The notes under the pieces were generated by a model that saw only the letters and a program-made list of their open reading frames with translations, was not told the origin of the DNA and did no database searches. The position numbers and the translations under genes were made by a program. A stretch of 64,000 bases of DNA from assembly GCA_001029715.1 (NCBI GenBank), contig CP011212.1, positions 67,407 through 131,406 of the forward strand, read 5' to 3'. Numbering within the stretch: position 1 is the stretch's first letter; every line of letters starts with the position of its first letter. Positions 45,869 to 54,809 of this stretch are shown here, in pieces. Source of the stretch: a candidate division TM6 bacterium GW2011_GWF2_28_16 (lineage in GTDB: Bacteria > Patescibacteriota > Microgenomatia > UBA1400 > PJMF01).

Positions 45869-46730
45869 AGGATATGGATATTGGGGTAAAAAGATTGAAT
45901 CAGTGTTACTTAATTATGGTGAATTATGCATCTTTGACAAGAATAACAAAATTTCTCCATGCCTGTCTACAGCACTAGAAGACTTACTAGATGACAAACT
46001 AATTGAAAATTGTTTCATTGCTACTCCTGAAGATACCCATTTTGAATTAGTGAAAGAATGTCTTTTGAAAAATAAAAATGTTTTTGTAGAAAAACCATTA
46101 ACTTTAAAAGAATCTGAAGCTAAAAAATTGATTGATTTGGCAAAGAAAAAAAAGAAACTTCTTTTTATAGATTCTATTTTTTTATATGATCCATTTTTCA
46201 ATGAATTGAAAAAAATGGTACAGCTAGGAAAAATTGGAAATATAAATAAAATAGAATCAATTAGATTTAGTGTTGGATTTGATAAAAAAAATATCTCAGT
46301 CACCGATGACCTAGCAACGCATGATTTTTACATTTTTGAAAAACTTTTATCTCAAAAAATAAATCTGAAATCAATTAAAACAGATCTAAAAAATAATTTT
46401 CAGGAGGCTTTTGCTAATTATGAATCCGAAAATGGAGTTCAAATGGAATCCATTTATAGTTGGATCAGAAAAAATCCGCAAAGAAAAATGACTGTTTACG
46501 GAACAGAAGGAAAAATTATTTGGGACAAGAACTTTGATTATTTAAAAATAGAAAAAGCAACAGGTCTAGAAAAAAAATATATTAAGGAAGAGCTCAAGTC
46601 TCCTTTGGAAAAAATGATTGATGATTATTTTTCTTTACGCAGTAGCAAAGAAAAATTTCCAGATCTTCTTAGTCACCAAAGGTATGTTTGCATGCTAGAA
46701 TGTTTAAGAAATGAATGTACCCCTTTTTGA
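45828..46730 (+). CDS. Gfo/Idh/MocA family NAD(P)-dependent oxidoreductase (WbpB-like)
   Basis: N-terminal Rossmann LLIGYGYWGKK. EKPL motif (FVEKPLTLKESEAKKL). Paired with the DegT aminotransferase. Confidence 0.6.
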   Translation: MFRTCLIFMKNLLIGYGYWGKKIESVLLNYGELCIFDKNNKISPCLSTALEDLLDDKLIENCFIATPEDTHFELVKECLLKNKNVFVEKPLTLKESEAKKLIDLAKKKKKLLFIDSIFLYDPFFNELKKMVQLGKIGNINKIESIRFSVGFDKKNISVTDDLATHDFYIFEKLLSQKINLKSIKTDLKNNFQEAFANYESENGVQMESIYSWIRKNPQRKMTVYGTEGKIIWDKNFDYLKIEKATGLEKKYIKEELKSPLEKMIDDYFSLRSSKEKFPDLLSHQRYVCMLECLRNECTPF

Positions 46731-47835
46731 TCTTAAAAGACAAAACCAAAAATTAAAAAAAGAATTTCTCAAATCAATATCCATAGCAATTGATGAGAGT
46801 GAATTTGTCCACGGTGAAGCTATAAAAGAATTTGAAAAAAATTTTGCAAATTATTGCAATAGTAAATATTGTTTGGCTGTAAATTCTGGAACGACGGCTT
46901 TAATTCTCGCTCTTAAAGCAATAGGGGTTAGCAGTGGTGATGAGATTATTACCACTCCATGTACCTTTTCAGCAACATCAGATGCGGTCGTTTGGCTTAA
47001 TGCCAAACCAGTTTTTGTGGATGTTGATGAAAAAACAGGCAATATAGATCCCTCAAAAATAGAAGCTAGAGTTAACAAGAAAACAAAAGCAATCTTAGTT
47101 GTTCATTTGTATGGCATTCCTTGTGAGATGGATGAAATAAATAGAATAGCAAAAAAACATAAACTTAAAGTGGTAGAAGATGCTTCTCATGCTCATGGAT
47201 CTGAATATAAAGGTAGGAAGGTGGGAGGCTTAGCGGATATTTCTTGTTTTTCTGCTTATCCATCAAAAACATTAGGTTCTTTTGGTAATGCAGGGATGAT
47301 TGTTTCCAATAATAAAAAATTTATGGAAAAAGCTAGAGAGTTTGCTGACAATGGTGTTTTTGATCCGAAGAAAAAATATTTTCACAACCTTTGTGGAATT
47401 AATGGCTTAATCAATAATTTTCAGGCCATTTCATTGATATTAAAGTTAAAAGAAATTGATTCAGTTATAAATAAAAGGTTAAAAATAGCAAAAACTTATA
47501 ATCAGCAATTACAAGAGTTAGGTCTTAAGGGAATGTTCTGGGACGATAAAAAGATTAAGCCGTCTTTGTATGTTTATAGTTTTCAATATAAAGATAGAGA
47601 TAAATTAAGAGAATTTTTAACGAGCAGGGGTGTAGGCAACTCAGTTTACTATCCAATTCCTTTACATTTACAAAAATCGTTTTTACCTTTGTCTTATAAA
47701 AAAGGCGATTTTCCGATAGCAGAAAGATTTTTTAAACAAACAATTAGCCTGCCTTTGTATTCTGGTTTGTCAAAGAAAGAGGTAGACTATGTTCTCAGCT
47801 CTCTTGTAACTTTTTTTAAAAAACAATATCATTAA
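46711..47835 (+). CDS. DegT/DnrJ/EryC1/StrS family PLP-dependent sugar aminotransferase (WbpE-like)
   Basis: Fold-type-I aminotransferase with Lys-containing SAYPSKTLGSFGNAGM region and typical N-terminus (PLFDLKRQNQKLKKEF). 374 aa. Confidence 0.85.
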   Translation: MNVPLFDLKRQNQKLKKEFLKSISIAIDESEFVHGEAIKEFEKNFANYCNSKYCLAVNSGTTALILALKAIGVSSGDEIITTPCTFSATSDAVVWLNAKPVFVDVDEKTGNIDPSKIEARVNKKTKAILVVHLYGIPCEMDEINRIAKKHKLKVVEDASHAHGSEYKGRKVGGLADISCFSAYPSKTLGSFGNAGMIVSNNKKFMEKAREFADNGVFDPKKKYFHNLCGINGLINNFQAISLILKLKEIDSVINKRLKIAKTYNQQLQELGLKGMFWDDKKIKPSLYVYSFQYKDRDKLREFLTSRGVGNSVYYPIPLHLQKSFLPLSYKKGDFPIAERFFKQTISLPLYSGLSKKEVDYVLSSLVTFFKKQYH

Positions 47836-47838
47836 CTT

Positions 47839-50139
47839 ATGATATTGGCTCTCGTTATTAGCCTGCTTTTCTTATTTTTAATTTTGCTTGGTGATAACCA
47901 ATTTGGAGCTTATGTTATTTTTATTGCATCTGGATTGTTGTTATTTCTCTCTCCAAAGCTCTTATCTAGGAAAAAAATAAGTATTTTTTTCTCTAGAAAA
48001 GATCTTGTATTTTTATTTTTATTAATTCTTATATTTTTAACGATTTCCAGCCTTAGCTTGATTTATACGATTAGTTTGCCACATTCAATCAATCGTTTAA
48101 TAACTTTAATTTTTTCATTTTTAATTTTCTTCTTCTTTCTATTTATAAAAGATAAGTATATTGAAAAAGAAAATCTTCTTTTAATGTTTAATTTGTTAAT
48201 TGTTTCACTTGGTTTGCTAGTTCTAATATTAACTATTTTCCCTGGAATTGGTGAATTTTTACCAGGGATGAATTTAATCTTTCTCAGTTATGGGCATAAT
48301 CATTTTGCAGCATTTTTATTATTGATTTTACCGCTATTTTATTGGCAATTATTAAGTCGCAAGAGCGGGTTTCATCTTTTTATTTTTATTTTTTCTTATT
48401 TTTTAATACTTATCAGTTTCGCTAGAGTAGTTATTCTATTAGCAGTAGTGGAATTTCTTCTTCTTTTGTTTGTTTCTAAAGATTCATTTATATCTTTAAA
48501 AGCTAGCTTTAAGAAAATAATTACTATTACAATTACTTTTCTTTCTTTCTTTCTATTATTAATGGCTATTTTTAGTTTTTCTAATTTGTTTAAGTTGAAT
48601 TCCGTGTGCAACTCCGATTTAAAAGTAATTTGTAAAGATATTTCTAACGAAGGTAGAAAAACATATTGGACGAATTCTATTCTTATATTTAAAGAAAACA
48701 TTATAAATGGAACTGGATTGAATACTTACTCTTTAGAAAATCAGAAATATATACACTATGGAGATACTGCGACGAGTTATCCTCATAATGAGTTTTTACA
48801 AATGTTTTCAGATCTTGGAATTGTAGGCGGGTTTTCTTTTTTGATCCTAATGTATTATCTTTTATATTTATCTTTTAAGATTATTAAAAAAACAGAAAAA
48901 AAATCAATAAATAGATTTTTATTTGTAGGATTAATTTTTACTTATCTAAATTCTTTTTTTGATTTCGATTGGCAATTTGTTTCAATATATTCATTAACAC
49001 TAATCTTTTTTTCTCTTATTTTAAGACAAGCTTTAAAAGATGATCTTTTGAGTAAAGAGAAGGTTAGCTTCAGTTACCTTTTTTCTAGTTTTTACTATTT
49101 TTTAAATATACCTTTATTTTTAGTTACTTTGCTTATAGTGAGCAGTAATCTTTTGGGTTTTTTTGGAAAAGATGATTTAGCTTTTAGAGTTTATCCTTAT
49201 TCTTTTTATCAAAAATTTGTGTTTTTAAAGAGTGAGCTTTTGTCTGGTAACGACAGAAAAAAACTGGAGAATCTTTACAGAAATGATCCATTTTTTTTGA
49301 TTCAAAGTTCTAGGTCGAAAACTTTTGAAGAAAAATTAAATTCTTATACAAAAGCATTTGAGAAATATCCTTTGTCTATTTCCACTAAAGATTTTTCATT
49401 ATTTATTGAAAACGAATGTTTGAATGAAGATAATTACATAAAATCAAAAGAACTTTTGTTTAGAATGGTTAATTTTATTGTTGAAGAACAGAATAAAGGA
49501 TTTCCAGTGTCCGACGATATAAAAAATGATGTGGGAAATTATTTAGTATCTTTAGGCAACATTGCTTATAAAGAAAGGAACTTGATTTATTTAGGAGAAA
49601 TATATCATGAATATTCTAGGATTTTTATCCAGTTCCCAAAAGGATATAATCCTTCGTTTTTATCCGATGAAGTTGAGTTGACACATGCATCTTTTTTATT
49701 TTCTATGGGAGAATTCAATCCTTTTTTGTTTAGAGATCAAACTGAGAAATTCATTGAATTTTACAGAAATACTGCGGAAGAACTTTTAGTTTATGGAAGG
49801 TCTGAAGAAGCATATGAACTATATTCAAGAATGTTGCCGATTTTTAGGAGAGAAGGTACCTGGTTTGGAGATATTTCAGATTTTGTCTTAAAAGAGACTT
49901 CATCAAAAGTAAAAAAGAAAAATGCTGATTTAGATCTCTATTTATCTAATTTTATGAATTTTTATTTTCAAAATGAAGATCTTTATTGGAATTATTTTTT
50001 TAAAAAAGAATTGTCTTTTGATCTTGTAAATTTAGCTAATGATGTTTATTTAGAAAATGAACCTTTAGCTCTTAAATATTATTCTTTTGCCCATACTTTA
50101 GATGAGTGGAGCCTTTTAGATAATGGAATCAACATTTAA
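47839..50139 (+). CDS. O-antigen ligase/polymerase family protein with large C-terminal extracytoplasmic domain
   Basis: ~12 TM helices. Wzy_C motif YPHNEFLQMFSDLGIVGG. ~350-aa C-terminal soluble domain. 766 aa. Confidence 0.65.
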   Translation: MILALVISLLFLFLILLGDNQFGAYVIFIASGLLLFLSPKLLSRKKISIFFSRKDLVFLFLLILIFLTISSLSLIYTISLPHSINRLITLIFSFLIFFFFLFIKDKYIEKENLLLMFNLLIVSLGLLVLILTIFPGIGEFLPGMNLIFLSYGHNHFAAFLLLILPLFYWQLLSRKSGFHLFIFIFSYFLILISFARVVILLAVVEFLLLLFVSKDSFISLKASFKKIITITITFLSFFLLLMAIFSFSNLFKLNSVCNSDLKVICKDISNEGRKTYWTNSILIFKENIINGTGLNTYSLENQKYIHYGDTATSYPHNEFLQMFSDLGIVGGFSFLILMYYLLYLSFKIIKKTEKKSINRFLFVGLIFTYLNSFFDFDWQFVSIYSLTLIFFSLILRQALKDDLLSKEKVSFSYLFSSFYYFLNIPLFLVTLLIVSSNLLGFFGKDDLAFRVYPYSFYQKFVFLKSELLSGNDRKKLENLYRNDPFFLIQSSRSKTFEEKLNSYTKAFEKYPLSISTKDFSLFIENECLNEDNYIKSKELLFRMVNFIVEEQNKGFPVSDDIKNDVGNYLVSLGNIAYKERNLIYLGEIYHEYSRIFIQFPKGYNPSFLSDEVELTHASFLFSMGEFNPFLFRDQTEKFIEFYRNTAEELLVYGRSEEAYELYSRMLPIFRREGTWFGDISDFVLKETSSKVKKKNADLDLYLSNFMNFYFQNEDLYWNYFFKKELSFDLVNLANDVYLENEPLALKYYSFAHTLDEWSLLDNGINI

Positions 50140-51446
50140 TTTTTTAATACCTCCACCCCAGGTAACTTCTCTCCACCCAAGAACTCCAAAGCAGCTCCTC
50201 CAGCAGTTGAGACATGGGTAAAACGGTCTCTCAGCCCACAAGCATTAATTAGAGCATTGGTTTCACCTCCACCGCAAACTGTGGTAGCTGGTGAGTCAGT
50301 AGTATTGTTAGCGATATTTTTAGCAAGAGCGCGACTGCCTTTGGCAAAAAGAGGATTTTCAAAAACACCCATTGGGCCATTAAAGAAAATCGTTCTAGCC
50401 TTAGAAAGTAAAAGTTTATATAAATCGGTAGTTTTTCTACCGATGTCTAAGTATTGCAAGTCTAAGTCATTTTCAGTGTCGGCGACATCTTTTAATAATT
50501 CCAGGTTTACAACTTCTTTTTCATTGCTGATATCTTGATTTTTAGCAGCCAGCACATCGATTGGCATAATCACTTTTGGTAGTGGCAAATTTTTACCATT
50601 TTCTTCGACGTTGATCATGGTTCTTTCTGTCTTGTGTTCATCAAGAATTTCTTTGGCAATTCTGACGTTTGCCTCAGCATTTTTACCCATAAAAGATTTG
50701 TGAACCTCAATACCATTAGCTTTTAAGAAAGCGTTGGCGATGCCACCACCTACCAAAACTAGGTCTGCCAGAGCAGAAAGATTTTTTACAGCTGAGACTT
50801 TATCATCAATTTTGGCTCCACCGAGTACAACGATGAAAGGGCGCTGAGCTTTTTCTAGAATTTTACTTAGGATTTTTATTTCTGCAGAAAGATCAAAGCC
50901 GGCAAAACTAGGTAATAACTTAGCCAAGCCAACTACAGAAGCATGGGCTCTGTGCGAAGCAGAAAAAGCTTCATTAATGAAAACTTCAGCACCAGTGTCT
51001 TTGATAATATTTTTAGCAAAATCAGGCTCATTGGCTTCTTCTTCTGGATGGAAACGTAAGTTTTCGAGTAGCAAGACTTCGCCTTTTTGTAATGAGAGAG
51101 TTTTTTGAGCAACTTCTTCACCAATGCAGTCATGGGCAAAAGTTGTATTCAAGCCTAAATTTTTATTTAAATAGCTAGCTACTGGACTAAGACTAAATTC
51201 TTTGCTTACTTTTCCATCTGGTCGGCCTAAGTGAGAAATTAAGATAATTTTGGCGCCATGCTCCTTCAAAAAAAGAATTGTCTCTAAAGCACTTCTAATG
51301 CGTTGATCGTCAGAGACTAGATACTTAAAATCTTCACCCTGAGCGACTTTTTTAAGAGGAACATTAAAGTCCACTCTAACTAATACTGTTTTGTCTTGGA
51401 TGTCTGAGACTTTAGGAGTGTGAATGATCATATTGTTATGATACAA
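50136..51446 (-). CDS. pgk: phosphoglycerate kinase
   Basis: VLVRVDFNVPL N-terminal motif, GGGA and full-length PGK fold. 436 aa. Confidence 0.92.
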   Translation of the reverse strand: MYHNNMIIHTPKVSDIQDKTVLVRVDFNVPLKKVAQGEDFKYLVSDDQRIRSALETILFLKEHGAKIILISHLGRPDGKVSKEFSLSPVASYLNKNLGLNTTFAHDCIGEEVAQKTLSLQKGEVLLLENLRFHPEEEANEPDFAKNIIKDTGAEVFINEAFSASHRAHASVVGLAKLLPSFAGFDLSAEIKILSKILEKAQRPFIVVLGGAKIDDKVSAVKNLSALADLVLVGGGIANAFLKANGIEVHKSFMGKNAEANVRIAKEILDEHKTERTMINVEENGKNLPLPKVIMPIDVLAAKNQDISNEKEVVNLELLKDVADTENDLDLQYLDIGRKTTDLYKLLLSKARTIFFNGPMGVFENPLFAKGSRALAKNIANNTTDSPATTVCGGGETNALINACGLRDRFTHVSTAGGAALEFLGGEKLPGVEVLKN

Positions 51447-51481
51447 TCTCGCAATCCAAAAAGAAAGGAAATATTTTTGCT

Positions 51482-52594
51482 ATGACTGATAAAACGGTCA
51501 AGAAATTACAAACTATGGAGGAACTCTTAACTGCTAACGCAGGTAAGCTAGTGATCCCAAAAAAAGGTGACACCATTTCTGGAGTCATTGTTGAAAAAAA
51601 TAAAAAGAGTTTAATCATTGATTTAGGCTCTAAAACTGAAGGCATTGTTGCCGAAAAAGAATTCGAATTTGCCGTCGATTTTGTCAAAGAACTCAAAGAA
51701 GGTGACGAGGTTAAAGCAATTGTTATCTCAACTGATAATGATAAGGGTCAAGTCGTTCTATCTCTCAAAGGCGCTGCTTCGGATGCCAAATGGGAATATT
51801 TCGAAGAGGCTATGGAGAAGGATCAAGAAATTAAGGCTACCGGTATCGAAATGAATCGTGGTGGCTTAATTATCTTAGTCAATGGCATTCGTGCTTTTGT
51901 ACCTTCCAGCCAATTTAGTCGTAAATACATGGGTAAAATCCAAAATCTTAAAGGTGTTGATTTTCCAGTCAAAGCTATCGAAGTCGATCGCGAGAAAAAT
52001 CGTTTGATTTTCTCAGAGAGACACGTTAGTGAAGCTAAAGAATTAGCCCAAAAAGATTTGGCAGTTGCTAGTGTTGAAGAAGGCAAAATCTACGATGGCG
52101 TCGTTTCCGGAGTAATGCATTTTGGTTTATTTGTCACTGTTGAAGTTCCTGTCAAAGATTCAGAAAAAAAAGATAGTATTGGCTATGTTGAAGGTTTGAT
52201 TCATATCTCAGAAATTTCTTGGGAAAAAGTCAATCATCCAAAGGATTATCACAAAGTTGGTGATCGCATTAAGGTTAAAGTTTTGGGGATTGATGAAAAA
52301 ACCAATAAACTTAATCTTTCTATCAAGCAATTAGATGCTGATCCATGGGAGAGTATTGAAGAGCGCTATGGTGTTGGCACCACCTTTACTGGTGAAGTCA
52401 CTCGTGTAGAAGCTTTCGGTGCTTTTATCAATGTTGAAAAAGGTGTCGATGCTTTAATCCATGCCTCCAAACTTGAGGGACATGATCTCCAAGTTGGTGA
52501 AAAAGTTACGGTTAACGTTGAAAACGTTGTGCCAGAACAGCGTCGTATGAGTTTATCTATTATTGATACTTCTACACCAATTGCTTACAAGTAA
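51482..52594 (+). CDS. rpsA: 30S ribosomal protein S1 (four S1 domains)
   Basis: Repeated S1 OB-fold modules (G..V.G.V......G.FV....). 370 aa. Confidence 0.85.
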   Translation: MTDKTVKKLQTMEELLTANAGKLVIPKKGDTISGVIVEKNKKSLIIDLGSKTEGIVAEKEFEFAVDFVKELKEGDEVKAIVISTDNDKGQVVLSLKGAASDAKWEYFEEAMEKDQEIKATGIEMNRGGLIILVNGIRAFVPSSQFSRKYMGKIQNLKGVDFPVKAIEVDREKNRLIFSERHVSEAKELAQKDLAVASVEEGKIYDGVVSGVMHFGLFVTVEVPVKDSEKKDSIGYVEGLIHISEISWEKVNHPKDYHKVGDRIKVKVLGIDEKTNKLNLSIKQLDADPWESIEERYGVGTTFTGEVTRVEAFGAFINVEKGVDALIHASKLEGHDLQVGEKVTVNVENVVPEQRRMSLSIIDTSTPIAYK

Positions 52595-52612
52595 AATCTT
52601 TTAAGAAATAAT

Positions 52613-52647
52613 GAAGAGCGCCTTTTTAAGGCGCTCTTTTATTTTTG
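52613..52647. terminator. rho-independent terminator shared by convergent rpsA (+) and sugar transferase (-)
   Basis: GAAGAGCGCC-TTTTTAA-GGCGCTCTT hairpin followed by TTATTTTT. Confidence 0.75.
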
Positions 52648-53310
52648 TTAACTAAATAAATTATTAATCTGTTTCAAGATTATTTTAAGAATGATCAAAG
52701 CTTGATCTTTAGTGTTCATTCTTAAACTTTCTTTTTCAAGTTTCTTCCAATAAGCAAAAGATCTATTGTGTGCTGAATCAGCTGCCCAAAGCGAAAAGAC
52801 TCCTGGTTTGACGCTATGTCTCCATTCGTACCAATTAGGATCAATTTTTTTAAGCGCCGTAGCCTCTATAGTGGGGAGAGGTCTTGGTCCAATGAGGCTC
52901 ATCTCACCTTTTAGAATATTAAGCAGTTGAGGAATTTCATCTAGACCAGAGCGAGATAAGAACTTTCCAACTTTGACTATAAGCGGCTTTTTAAAGCCGA
53001 ATATTCTGATTTCTTTTTTAAGAAAACGGGGGTCTTCTGCAATTTTAAACATTGGATTTGGAGCCTCATTTTTGCTTAGATATTTTTTTCTATTTGATTG
53101 AGCGTTTTTTTTCATGCTACGCAATTTATATAAGATAAATTTTTGTCCGTTTTTGCCGATTCTTTCTTGCTTGAAGATAATAGGCTGGCCAATAAAAAAC
53201 ATTAAAAAAGGATAAGCTAAAATTGTGAATGGAACAGCTACAAGCAGTGCTAAAACAGCAGTAATAAGGTCAAAAGCTCTTTTTTTATTAAACATAAAAG
53301 TGTCTCCCAT
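52648..53310 (-). CDS. polyprenyl-phosphate hexose-1-phosphate transferase (bacterial sugar transferase, WbaP/CpsE C-domain type)
   Basis: KRAFDLITAVLALL...P, IIFKQERIGKNGQ.F..YKLRSM and P.PGVFSLW motifs. 220 aa (small PGT). Confidence 0.85.
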   Translation of the reverse strand: MGDTFMFNKKRAFDLITAVLALLVAVPFTILAYPFLMFFIGQPIIFKQERIGKNGQKFILYKLRSMKKNAQSNRKKYLSKNEAPNPMFKIAEDPRFLKKEIRIFGFKKPLIVKVGKFLSRSGLDEIPQLLNILKGEMSLIGPRPLPTIEATALKKIDPNWYEWRHSVKPGVFSLWAADSAHNRSFAYWKKLEKESLRMNTKDQALIILKIILKQINNLFS

Positions 53311-53361
53311 TCTAACCGCAAAAAACTAAAAAACCAGACGTTAAACTGTCTTTTTTCTATA

Positions 53362-53522
53362 GCCTTTTCGAGTGGTAAAAATCACAATTTCTTCACATCT
53401 ATTTATTCATTTTTGTATGTTAGAGCTTCACTCAAGTAGGCAAAGCTACTATCGTAAATCTCTGCCTTCAAAAATAAATAAATATATGCGAAGTTATCAG
53501 TAATTTTTACCACCCGAAAAGG
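53362..53522. repeat. ~160-bp intergenic element bounded by ~21-bp inverted repeats (MITE-like or structured RNA)
   Basis: GCCTTTTCGAGTGGTAAAAAT (53362-53382) versus ATTTTTACCACCCGAAAAGGC (53502-53522). Confidence 0.4.
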
Positions 53523-53528
53523 CTACTG

Positions 53529-53539
53529 CAAGTGATATA
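53529..53539 (+). promoter_or_regulatory. extended -10 promoter element (TGATATAAT)
   Basis: TG-n-TATAAT 9 bp upstream of the ATG of the small ORF at 53548. Confidence 0.35.
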
Positions 53540-53547
53540 ATACGCCT

Positions 53548-53715
53548 ATGGCAAAACAAAGAATGATTGTTACAGACGACCAACTATTAATCGACATGGA
53601 TCTATTATTTAATGCGATTCGCGAAGCCAAAGGTAATTGGCAGCAAGTCGAACAAGAAATGAAGCAATATTTAGCTGCTGTTCAAGGCATGACCAACGAA
53701 GCTAACGAAGAATAA
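53548..53715 (+). CDS. small hypothetical protein (55 aa, not in ORF track)
   Basis: ATG…TAA ORF encoding MAKQRMIVTDDQLLIDMDLLFNAIREAKGNWQQVEQEMKQYLAAVQGMTNEANEE. Preceded by an extended -10. Helical, soluble. Confidence 0.3.
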   Translation: MAKQRMIVTDDQLLIDMDLLFNAIREAKGNWQQVEQEMKQYLAAVQGMTNEANEE

Positions 53716-53768
53716 GCTCGCCTCATTTTTTATAATCTGTTTTCTGCCCTAAACAAGAAGGTAGTTTA

Positions 53769-54452
53769 ATGTCAGACAAAAATAATCAAGAAAATCTCAC
53801 TCCAGAAGTTGTCAAAGTTCCTTTGGTAATTGCCTGCGGTGATGAGGGTGTACAAATCAACGTCGGTCGTCGCTTGGCTTTTTTAGGCGCAGGCTTGAAA
53901 TTAGAGGGTTTTGATAAGGTTTTAGTAGCTGTGCGTAAAATGCTTGAATCCTACAGCGATCAATCAGATCGTCAATTGCGTTTAGTTGCCAGTGAAGAAA
54001 ATTCTTATGTCAAGGAAGTTTTAGGTCTCAATGATTTTGATGAAGCTAATGCTAGCATGCAACAGCATTTACAGGCTTTATCAGATAAAGAAAACTTGCT
54101 TTATGTCGGAATTTTGCCTTTTGCCGATCCTTTAGAACTAAAACATGGGATCAAAGGTCACATGGTTCGTCCTCGCAATATTCATATTGCTAATAAAATT
54201 TGCTTTACCTTGTCAGGTGGTGAAACTACTTACAACCTTGGTCAATATTTGATCTCAGCTGATTGGTTGGCTTTTGCCGATAAAGATTTAGTCAAGTCAG
54301 TCATAGATACTCAGGTTAAATTTTACGAAAAATTAGCCAAGAGACCTTTGAAGTTTGTGATTGAAGAAGCAGGAGATCTGCCAAGCGAGATAGTTGCGAA
54401 GAATAAAACCATTCTATTTAGCTTAGGTTATAATTTCTCTTTAGATGTCTAA
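53769..54452 (+). CDS. hypothetical protein
   Basis: 227-aa soluble ORF with no recognised motif. Confidence 0.4.
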   Translation: MSDKNNQENLTPEVVKVPLVIACGDEGVQINVGRRLAFLGAGLKLEGFDKVLVAVRKMLESYSDQSDRQLRLVASEENSYVKEVLGLNDFDEANASMQQHLQALSDKENLLYVGILPFADPLELKHGIKGHMVRPRNIHIANKICFTLSGGETTYNLGQYLISADWLAFADKDLVKSVIDTQVKFYEKLAKRPLKFVIEEAGDLPSEIVAKNKTILFSLGYNFSLDV

Positions 54453-54807
54453 ATCTAAATCATCAAATCAAGCCATTTCTTTATTTAGTGAATTTGAAGA
54501 TGCTAAACCAGCCCAGGAGAGAAAACGTCAACAAACAGAATTTACCTCGACTAAAGATTTGCTTGTTAAATATCAAGTCAATGAAACAAATAAGCATATT
54601 TCTCACGAATTTCAAAGCTTTGGTTGCCATTTGGCAGAAGCCTTAGCAGACAAGCGTCACACCTCGTTGTATATTAAGTTAGCCAAAACAGTTTCGCGTG
54701 GTCTTTTAGAACGAGCTTTAAGTTTTGTAACTGATTCAACTGCAGATAATAAAGCCAAGCTTTTCATGTGGAAGTTGGAGCAATTAAAAAAAGCTAAATC
54801 GACTTAA
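54445..54807 (+). CDS. hypothetical protein
   Basis: 120-aa ORF overlapping the upstream ORF by 8 bp. Basic and helical. Confidence 0.35.
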   Translation: MSKSKSSNQAISLFSEFEDAKPAQERKRQQTEFTSTKDLLVKYQVNETNKHISHEFQSFGCHLAEALADKRHTSLYIKLAKTVSRGLLERALSFVTDSTADNKAKLFMWKLEQLKKAKST

Positions 54808-54809
54808 TT

